Of a DNA stretch of 64,000 nt, positions 57,326-64,000 are shown in pieces. The DNA lies in contig JBILLK010000006.1 of assembly GCA_044376115.1 (NCBI GenBank), positions 369,302 through 433,301 on the forward strand, read 5' to 3'. The notes below the pieces were generated by a model. It searched no databases and was not told where the DNA came from. It saw nothing but the letters and a program-made list of their open reading frames with translations. Within the stretch, counting starts at the first letter, position 1. The number at the start of each line of letters is the position of its first letter. The DNA is from Polyangiaceae bacterium. GTDB lineage: Bacteria > Myxococcota_A > Polyangia > Polyangiales > Polyangiaceae. Both the position numbers and the translations under genes were made by a program.

Positions 57326-58458
57326 CGCGCTTCTGCTTTCCGAGGCAGCACCGCCTCCACCTTGAAGCCGCCTTCGCTTTTGCGGCCGGCGTGCAGCGTA
57401 CCTCCGAGCAGCGTGGCGCGCTCACGCATACCGAGCAGGCCGAACCCCGGCGTGTGCGTCGAGGCAAGCGGCTTGCCGTCGTCTTCGACGCTGAGCGTGA
57501 CCTCGCTCGCGCTGGCGTTCACGCGCAGCTGAATTCGGGTTGCGTCGCTGGCGTGCCGAAGCGCGTTGGTCAGCGACTCCTGCGCGATGCGATAAAGGCC
57601 GGCTTGCAGCGCGACCGGAAGCTCCTCGATCTCGCCGCTCTGTTCGAGCTGTACGTGCGGGCCGGCGCGCTCGACGAGCTGCTCGAGATCGCGCAGGCCC
57701 GCCTGCGGTGCGAAGTCCGCTGCTGGGTTATCGCGCAAGGTGCCCACCAAGCTGCGCAGCTCGGCCAGGGCTTTGCTGGCCTCACCTTCGATCGCGTGAA
57801 GGGCGGTCAGCGCCGCTTCGGGGCGCCGCTCGAGCACGGTTCGTGCGGCGCGCGCCTGGATCACGATGGCCGAGGCGTGATGCGCCACGGTGTCGTGAAG
57901 TTCGCGCGCGAGCAGCTCCCGTTCGCGCATTTTTACGTGCTCGCGATCGCGCCGTTCGGCTTGCGCGCGAAAGCGCACCGCGGTGCCGATGGCCGCCGGA
58001 AAAAGCAAGACGACCGCTGCGCTGATGGCCTCAACGCCGTCGCGAAGGCTGCCTTGGGCGAAGGACGCGAGGTAGGCCAGCGCGAGCGCGAAAAGACCGA
58101 GCACGACCTCGCGGGCGCGGGCCCAACGCATGAGCGAATACGGCAGCAGCAGGACCACCGCGCTCGTGTGGAGCCCGAACTCAGCAAGGCCCAACGCCAG
58201 CGCGAGCAGCGTGCACGCGACGCCAATCCCAAAGCCAAAAAGCAGCGCCTGAAACGGTCGTTTGCGACGGAACCACAACGTGCCGACGGTGAGCAGCGCC
58301 AGCCCGATTTGCAGCGCTCGCAGCGGCAGCGGATCACGCAACAGACCCTCGGCGATCGCGGTGGGTACGAGCAGCACGAGCAACGCCCGATCGAACCACG
58401 AAGGCCCGGCGGATTGAGCGGGATCCGGCTCATCGAAGAGGGCTGCAAACGGCGGCAT
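57322..58458 (-). CDS. Membrane HisKA_3 sensor histidine kinase
   Basis: [38 protein letters not shown]. Start re-chosen at MPPFAAL. Confidence 0.92.
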   Translation of the reverse strand: MPPFAALFDEPDPAQSAGPSWFDRALLVLLVPTAIAEGLLRDPLPLRALQIGLALLTVGTLWFRRKRPFQALLFGFGIGVACTLLALALGLAEFGLHTSAVVLLLPYSLMRWARAREVVLGLFALALAYLASFAQGSLRDGVEAISAAVVLLFPAAIGTAVRFRAQAERRDREHVKMRERELLARELHDTVAHHASAIVIQARAARTVLERRPEAALTALHAIEGEASKALAELRSLVGTLRDNPAADFAPQAGLRDLEQLVERAGPHVQLEQSGEIEELPVALQAGLYRIAQESLTNALRHASDATRIQLRVNASASEVTLSVEDDGKPLASTHTPGFGLLGMRERATLLGGTLHAGRKSEGGFKVEAVLPRKAEAR

Positions 58459-58520
58459 CGAGAGCAGCCTAGTGAAGGTCGACGCGGAGGAGATCGGCCG
58501 AAAGGAGGAGGCGGAGCAGG

Positions 58521-58653
58521 GGCGGGTGCGGGCGCAGGCGCAGGCGCAGGCGCAGGCGCAGGCGTGAGGGGCGGGCGCAGGCGTGGGCGCAGGCGTGAAG
58601 GGCGCAGGGGCAAGTGCGGGTGCGGGCGCGGGCGCAGGGGCGGGTGCGGGCGC
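58521..58653 (+). repeat. G-rich hexamer array (left arm)
   Basis: GCAGGC/GCGGGC/GCGGGT units, including GGCGTGAGGGGCGGGC. Confidence 0.88.
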
Positions 58654-58659
58654 CAGGGC

Positions 58660-58771
58660 GTGCCATAACGGCTGGTCGTTCGGGGCGAACCGACGATATG
58701 GGACGACGGCGGGCGCGGGAGCAGACGTGCGTGTGCCATGACGGCCGGTCGTTCGGGGCGAACCGACGATA
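58660..58771. repeat. Two 39-bp direct repeats (58660-58698, 58733-58771) with a hairpin core
   Basis: GTGCCAT.ACGGC.GGTCGTTCGGGGCGAACCGACGATA; stem GTTCG/CGAAC. Confidence 0.85.
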
Positions 58772-58789
58772 CGAGACGGCGCCGCCTCG

Positions 58790-58905
58790 CGCCTCACGCC
58801 CGCGCGTCACGCGCGGGCCCGCCCCCGCCCCCGCCCCCGCGCCCGCCCTCACGCCCGCGCGTCACGCCCGCGCCCGCGCGTCACGCCCGCGCCCGCGCCC
58901 GCCCC
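58790..58905 (-). repeat. C-rich hexamer array (right arm)
   Basis: GCCCGC/TCACGCCCGC units, inverted relative to 58521-58653. Confidence 0.85.
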
Positions 58906-58908
58906 TGC

Positions 58909-59970
58909 TCAGCGCCCGAGCAGCCAGCTGCGTGTGGCTTCTTCGAGTTTGGCCATGCGGCGGGCTCCGCTGTGCGCGGTGATGACCGCGGTCTCGCAGT
59001 GAAAGCTGCGCGCGGTCAGCGCCTCGATTGCGTCGATCGCCTGCGGGAGCGTTTCCAGGGTTGCGCTGAGGTCGTGCCTTCGGCCGGGGTGAACGCGCGT
59101 CGCCGCCGCCTCGGTGAAGACCCCGCGGACCTCGCCGCGCAGCGAAGCAGGCTGCCGAAGCTCCCCGCTCCACAGGCAGGGCGTGAAGTTGAACTTCGGC
59201 TCGCCGCTGCCCGCGCGAAGGACGAGCGCCCAGCTCTCATCGAGCTCCGGGCCGCGGACGCGCATGGTCGTGATCCTGAGGTCGAGCGAAGAGACCTGCT
59301 CGCGAAGATGGCGCTGCTTCGGATGGCTCGCCGGAAGGTCTTGCATGCGGATGCTTACGGCAAAGGGCTCGTTGAGCGTGAATCCGCGCTGCGCGAGCCA
59401 GCGCGTTGCGTCGTCATCCTGCGTGCGTTGGGCCTCGAGGCGCGCGTGCTGCGCGCTGTTGCGTCGCTCGGCCAAGGCTTGGAGGACGCCTTCGTGTGCG
59501 CCCGTGAACCAATCGAGCAGCGCCCAGGTTGCTTCAACCTCCTGAGTGCGCGTCAGCTCGCGGGCCAACTCGGAGGCTGTTTCGAGCCCTTCACTTTGCT
59601 GTTTGGCGATGAACACGGCGAGCGCGAGCACCCGTGCGTCGCCCAGACGTTCACTCGAATTGAGTACCGTGTGCTGCACTCGGGCCGCCAACGGGAGCGC
59701 AGCAAGCGTTTGGAGCCGCGGTAGCGAGGTTGGATGGCCGAGCTCCGGAACGTCGGTCTGTTGCGCTGCGAGCGACCACGCAGCGACCTCATCGGCGAGC
59801 TCGAATAGCGCTTCCAACCACGCGCCGAGCGCCTGCTGATCGTCCGGAGCGACGTCGCTCAGCAGCGCCTTGCCGGTCGCTCGATGTTGCGGCGCGAACT
59901 CGAGCCGCATCGCCTCGAAGGCGATGCGAAGCTCTTCACGTTGAGTAGGCGTGAGGTCGGGAATCGACAT
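58909..59970 (-). CDS. Hypothetical protein
   Basis: 353-aa ORF with plausible codon use; no motif recognised. Confidence 0.6.
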   Translation of the reverse strand: MSIPDLTPTQREELRIAFEAMRLEFAPQHRATGKALLSDVAPDDQQALGAWLEALFELADEVAAWSLAAQQTDVPELGHPTSLPRLQTLAALPLAARVQHTVLNSSERLGDARVLALAVFIAKQQSEGLETASELARELTRTQEVEATWALLDWFTGAHEGVLQALAERRNSAQHARLEAQRTQDDDATRWLAQRGFTLNEPFAVSIRMQDLPASHPKQRHLREQVSSLDLRITTMRVRGPELDESWALVLRAGSGEPKFNFTPCLWSGELRQPASLRGEVRGVFTEAAATRVHPGRRHDLSATLETLPQAIDAIEALTARSFHCETAVITAHSGARRMAKLEEATRSWLLGR

Positions 59971-60012
59971 GCGGTGGTCTCTCAGCCCGCGGTGGGTCCG
60001 CCTTGCGCACGC

Positions 60013-60270
60013 TCAGGTCGCGAGACGGTCCACGAGCGCAATGTACTTGGTCATCGCTTGGTCCTTCGCCGTGCCCTTCTTCGTCGCCCATGCGTCGAAC
60101 TTGGCGCGCCCTTTGAAGTCCATCATGCCGGGGCGCGAACCCGATACGTCGCCCACCGTGGCCTGCTTGAAGAGCGCGTACAGCTCGAGCAGATCGTCGT
60201 TCCCAGGGGCCTTGCTCAGCGCCTTGACTCGTTTCTGCGCGGCTTCGAATCGGTTGGCTAGGTCATCCAT
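60013..60270 (-). CDS. Acyl-CoA-binding protein (ACBP)
   Basis: LLELYALFKQATVGD..RPGMMDFKGRAKFDAW...AMTKYI. Confidence 0.93.
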   Translation of the reverse strand: MDDLANRFEAAQKRVKALSKAPGNDDLLELYALFKQATVGDVSGSRPGMMDFKGRAKFDAWATKKGTAKDQAMTKYIALVDRLAT

Positions 60271-60379
60271 GTTTGAGGGAAACACTCTATAAGCGACGAA
60301 GGAGGGCGCCAACATGAGGCATCGAGATTGGGTGGAGCGTGCCGGCGGACAGCTTCGGACCGCGGTTCCGCCTGCGTTC

Positions 60380-61387
60380 ATGCCTAATCCGAAGCGGCGT
60401 GCGCTGCTCGGCGGCGTGGTTGGGCTCGGGGTCGGCGCGCTCGCGCTCGCAAGCCCGTTCGGCCCGCGGGCCGCCCGAGCCTGCGGCGTCTTCAGCAAGG
60501 GGCCGCGGCTACCGTCGCTGAGTCGCGAGTTGGCGCTGATCGTCTTCGACCCGGATCAGCACCTGCAGCATTTTTATCGCGAGTTGGTTTTTCGTGAGGC
60601 CAAGCAGCCGTTCGGCTTCGTCATCCCCACGCCCAGCGAGCCCAGCATTCACGCGGCGAAGAACCCGTTTGACGCGCTCGAGAAGGCCTTTCCCTATGAA
60701 TCGCCGGCGCAGGGACCGCTCGGGCTCTCGGGCATCGGCGGCGGGCCTGGCGTCACGATCAAGAGCCAGCAGGAGGTGGGTAGCTTTAGCGCTACGGTGC
60801 TGAGTGCTGAAAGCGCTAGCGGTCTAACTGACTGGCTACGTGCGAATAAGCTAGAGACCTCCAGCGCTGCGACCCAGTGGCTCGAACGCTATGTGCGTTT
60901 GAAGTTTCACTTCGTCGCGATGCGCTATAACCCGGCGGCGGACGCCAACGGCTCTCTCCGCGCAGAAGCCTACCGCCTGAGCTTTCGAACCCCAATCCCG
61001 TACTATCCCTACGCAGAGCCGCTCGCGGGAGAGAGCCCGCTGCTCAAGCCGCGTTCGCTAACGACTTGGTTGGTAGCCCCTCGTCGCTACACACCTGTTT
61101 GCTTGCGCTCGAGCACAGGCGGCAAGCTCACCTGGATTCGCGCCTGGCGTGAAGGCCGGACGTACGCCGATACCATGGGCAAAGTGCGCCAAACGTTGCC
61201 CCAGGAGGAGCACGCCCTGCTGCCGGAGCGCCCGCTTGTCGTGCAGGTGTTCCAGGACAGTAAGGACCTGCGAGATGGCTACGGGGATATTCTCTTTGCT
61301 CCGGCGCAGTCCATCGAGTTCTCTCGCGAGGAGCTCGAGCTATTGCGGCCGCTTCTGGGCATCCTTGATCCGGAGCTTTTGCCGTGA
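60380..61387 (+). CDS. DUF2330 domain protein with a Tat signal
   Basis: KRRALL..ARAC; FGFVIPTPSEP, VGSFSATVL, LTDWLRAN, FVAMR, LSFRTPIPYYPY.EP. Confidence 0.8.
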   Translation: MPNPKRRALLGGVVGLGVGALALASPFGPRAARACGVFSKGPRLPSLSRELALIVFDPDQHLQHFYRELVFREAKQPFGFVIPTPSEPSIHAAKNPFDALEKAFPYESPAQGPLGLSGIGGGPGVTIKSQQEVGSFSATVLSAESASGLTDWLRANKLETSSAATQWLERYVRLKFHFVAMRYNPAADANGSLRAEAYRLSFRTPIPYYPYAEPLAGESPLLKPRSLTTWLVAPRRYTPVCLRSSTGGKLTWIRAWREGRTYADTMGKVRQTLPQEEHALLPERPLVVQVFQDSKDLRDGYGDILFAPAQSIEFSREELELLRPLLGILDPELLP

Positions 61388-62034
61388 AGCGAGTCCGAAC
61401 TCGGGTCTGTGGTGCTTTGGCGCTGTGGGCTTCATCGGGCTGCGGTCCGCAGCAGCCCGATCAAAGCCTCATGGCGAGCGCACGCGACTCCGGTCCAGCG
61501 GTGCTTACGCAGGACCCGTTCGCCGAGCCGGCGGCGAGCCTTAGCGCCGCTGCAAGCGGCCCTTTGCAGGCTGGTCCGCGTGCCAATGCGCCGAACGGCG
61601 TCCGCATGCTCGATGCGCTCGCGTTGCTGTCGGCGGGAACTGCGGAACGTTTGCCGCTCGATGCGATGGGCTCGGTGCGTGCACCCTCGCCACTGCCGGG
61701 TGAACGGGTGGTGGAGACGAGGGCCGGTTCGGTCGCGTTTGGCCCGCTGAGCGTGACAGGTGCACTCCCGTTGGCCGTGGTGGCTCGCATCTGGCGCGTC
61801 AACTACCCCGATTTGGCCGATTGCTACGCGCACTCCAAGGCCGAACCGGGCACGCTGGAGCTTTCGTTTCTCATCAGCACAAGCGGCGATGTGCAGCGGC
61901 CATCGGTCACGCCTCTTGCCTCCCACGACCCAGCGCTCACGAAGTGCTTCGTCGATAGGTTGAAGAAGGCTTCGTTTGCTTCTGCAGAGCAGCCCAGCTC
62001 GGTCATGCAGACGGTCACCTTGGGAGCGCCCTAG
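61384..62034 (+). CDS. AgmX/PglI C-terminal (TonB-C-like) domain lipoprotein
   Basis: VTGALP..VVARI....LADCY...GTLELSFLISTSGDV...LTKCF..LK..SF. Confidence 0.65.
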   Translation: MKRVRTRVCGALALWASSGCGPQQPDQSLMASARDSGPAVLTQDPFAEPAASLSAAASGPLQAGPRANAPNGVRMLDALALLSAGTAERLPLDAMGSVRAPSPLPGERVVETRAGSVAFGPLSVTGALPLAVVARIWRVNYPDLADCYAHSKAEPGTLELSFLISTSGDVQRPSVTPLASHDPALTKCFVDRLKKASFASAEQPSSVMQTVTLGAP

Positions 62035-62038
62035 CACT

Positions 62039-62287
62039 TTCGGCGGAATGACTCTGTCCACTACGGTTCTTGTTCACTGCATCCGCCTTCGGCGGAATGA
62101 CTCGTGCCAAGTCGAAGGTTGATCGGGCCTTCGGCCGTGTTCTCGAAGAGGGCACGAGTCATCTTGTTCACTGCATCCGCCTTCGGCGGAATGACTCGTG
62201 CCAAGTCGAAGGTTGATCGGGCCTTCGGCCCGTGTTCTCGAAGAGGGCACGAGTCATCTTGTTCACTGCATCCGCCTTCGGCGGAAT
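62039..62287. repeat. REP/BIME-like tandem repeat, 94-95 bp period (units start at 62068, 62162, 62257)
   Basis: Each unit has the TCCGCC-TTC-GGCGGA hairpin and a 12-bp inverted repeat ATGACTCGTGCC/GGCACGAGTCAT enclosing GTCGAAGG/CCTTCGGC. Confidence 0.9.
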
Positions 62288-62318
62288 AGGCGAGGCCCCT
62301 GCTGGTTCGGGCTCAGCG

Positions 62319-62810
62319 ATGACCAACACGAAAGCCTTTCGGCTCTCCCTCCTTGCGCTCGTTATGCTGCTCGTCGGTTGCGACCACGGCACCAAACATG
62401 CCGCACAAAGTTCGTTGGCGCGCGGAGCCATGGAGCTGGTTCCTGGCGTGCTTGATCTGCGTTTGACCGAGAATCACGACACCGCCTTCTCGCTCTTGTC
62501 TCGATTCGGTGTCCACGGTGCTTCCACCGCGCTCATGGTGCTGGCCTCCCTCACGGTCCTGGGAATCGCCGGCTACTGGTTTGCACGCAGAAACGTGGCG
62601 TCGCGATGGGAGCAGGCGGGCTTACCGATGGTGCTCGCTGGCGGGCTGGGTAACCTGATCGACCGCGCCGTTCGAGGCTACGTCGTGGACTTTATCCACG
62701 TGCACCGCTGGCCGGTGTTCAACGTCGCCGACATCGCCGTCGTGGCCGGAATCGGGGTGATGCTGCTGACGTCACGGCAGGCGACCAAACGTGCTCGAGC
62801 GGCTGGCTAG
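62319..62810 (+). CDS. lspA: Lipoprotein signal peptidase II
   Basis: CDHGTK, N..TAFS, GGLGNLIDR..GYVVDFI, WPVFNVAD. Confidence 0.9.
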   Translation: MTNTKAFRLSLLALVMLLVGCDHGTKHAAQSSLARGAMELVPGVLDLRLTENHDTAFSLLSRFGVHGASTALMVLASLTVLGIAGYWFARRNVASRWEQAGLPMVLAGGLGNLIDRAVRGYVVDFIHVHRWPVFNVADIAVVAGIGVMLLTSRQATKRARAAG

Positions 62811-62892
62811 CCGTCAGCGTCGAGCGTCCGCCAATCCACGTCTCACTTCGAAGCTGCCGGCGCCAGCGCGCTCCCGTGTTCGCCCAACGTGC

Positions 62893-63318
62893 CTACTTGA
62901 GGATTCCGTTCACCTCGCCACACAGGACGAACGGCGCGGGGGTGAGCTCCTTGTGGGCGTCTGCGAAGGCCTTCGCGACCTCGTTGCAGGTCCCCCCAGA
63001 TCCGCATTTGACACCCCATGCGTTCGTCGGGCCAACGGTCTTCGGGTTGATGACCTCCCAGGACGCGAGGTCCACCGTACCGGAGACCCCGGGCTGTACC
63101 CCGCCGATCGTCCAGACGCGTTTGGCCTCCAGGAAGGTACGGATGCGCGTCGTCGCTTCGTCCGCGTTTCCCGAGTTGCCGGTGAGCAAGACCGCCGAGG
63201 CGTTCGAGCAGGTCGGGCTCGTCTCCTGCACTGCGCCCTTCGCCGCGAACACTGTCGATGCCGACACGACCACGAAAGCGGTGAGCCCGAGAACTCCCGC
63301 GAACCTCGATCCTTTCAT
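62893..63318 (-). CDS. Hypothetical secreted protein with cysteines
   Basis: AAGGGG RBS; signal peptide MKGSRFAGVLGLTAFVVVSASTVFA. Confidence 0.7.
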   Translation of the reverse strand: MKGSRFAGVLGLTAFVVVSASTVFAAKGAVQETSPTCSNASAVLLTGNSGNADEATTRIRTFLEAKRVWTIGGVQPGVSGTVDLASWEVINPKTVGPTNAWGVKCGSGGTCNEVAKAFADAHKELTPAPFVLCGEVNGILK

Positions 63319-63432
63319 TCGATTCCCCTTTTTGTCGAGCAGCCGGCTGGGCTGCCAATCACGTGGTACCACCGAAACGCCTCGGGCGGCGCTCGTCTTC
63401 CAGTGTCCGTTTACTCGTGGGAGACTTCCTTC

Positions 63433-64000
63433 ATGAGGATGACGCTTGCTTCTATTGGCGCGCTCTTCTTCGCCAGCCTCTGCGGGCCGGTCGGGTGCGG
63501 CGGAGAATCCACAACGACGAACGAAGCGGCTGGAAACGGCGGAGCCACATCCCCAGCTTCCGGAGGCGCGGGTGCAAGCGCGACCACCGGCGGCGGCGCA
63601 GACCCCTCGAGCGGCGCCTCGGGCGGAGGCGGCGCAGGCAGCAGCGCGGGGTGCGGTGTTGCCCAGCGCGGAGGCGTCACGACGGAATCCATCCAAGCGG
63701 CAGGCCTCGACCGAAGCTACGTACGGGGTATGAGCCCCGCGCACCGATCCCGGTCGTCTTTCTCTGGCACGGCAATAACTGGACTGGCACCAGCCTTCGA
63801 GCGGAGACGCTGCCGCTCGAGAGCGCGTTCGGAGAGCCCGCCCTCTTCGTGTACGCCAACGGGCTCACCGTCACGGACTTGCCCGTCGAGGCAGCGGGAG
63901 GAGTCATGGGGACCGGGTGGGACTGGCGCCCCGGAGAGCGCGACGTCGCGCTGTTCGACGCGATCCTCTCCGAGCTCGAGCAGCAGTTCTGTATCGACAC
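63433..64000 (+). pseudogene. Frameshifted LpqC/PHB-depolymerase/feruloyl-esterase-like lipoprotein gene (runs off the window end)
   Basis: One frame gives a signal peptide, Gly linker and SAGCG...GLDRSYV. The esterase continues in another frame from ~63726 (GYEPRAPIPVVFLWHG...FVYANG...DVALFDAILSELEQQFCIDT). Confidence 0.7.

Noticed and set aside
62039..62287. CRISPR array
   Set aside because: The sequences between the 30-bp cores are essentially identical rather than unique spacers, and no cas genes are present.

Overview
This is a GC-rich bacterial window that looks myxobacterial (Polyangiaceae-like). The evidence is a MYXO-CTERM-like sorted protein, an AgmX/PglI-C-like protein, DUF2330, a Hanks-type Ser/Thr kinase and about 25 Gly/Pro-linker lipoproteins. 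It holds about 65 CDS. Housekeeping genes are few: pyrC, feoAB, a glutathione peroxidase, an acyl-CoA-binding protein and an lspA paralogue. No rRNA, tRNA, CRISPR array, transposase, integrase or reverse transcriptase was recognised. Main points of interest: (1) a FIST(NosP)-microprotein-FIST-histidine kinase operon, in which an unannotated 58-aa ORF copies the kinase's N-terminal helix; (2) a family of (GCGGGC)n/(GCCCGC)n hexamer arrays that form inverted brackets around pairs of hairpin repeats, next to a four-helix-bundle (IVP/Avd-like) gene and a truncated gene duplicate; (3) a radical SAM enzyme translationally coupled to a small lipoprotein; (4) a Fur-boxed feoAB divergent from a Tat-lipoprotein HiPIP; (5) unusual fusions (rhodanese-XRE-cupin, Rieske-flavoprotein, cytochrome c-copper monooxygenase); (6) a possible ~190-nt structured RNA; (7) a REP-like 94-95 bp tandem repeat before lspA; and (8) three gene remnants or frameshifts. 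All family calls come from reading motifs by eye, and many start codons were re-chosen from the ORF track.
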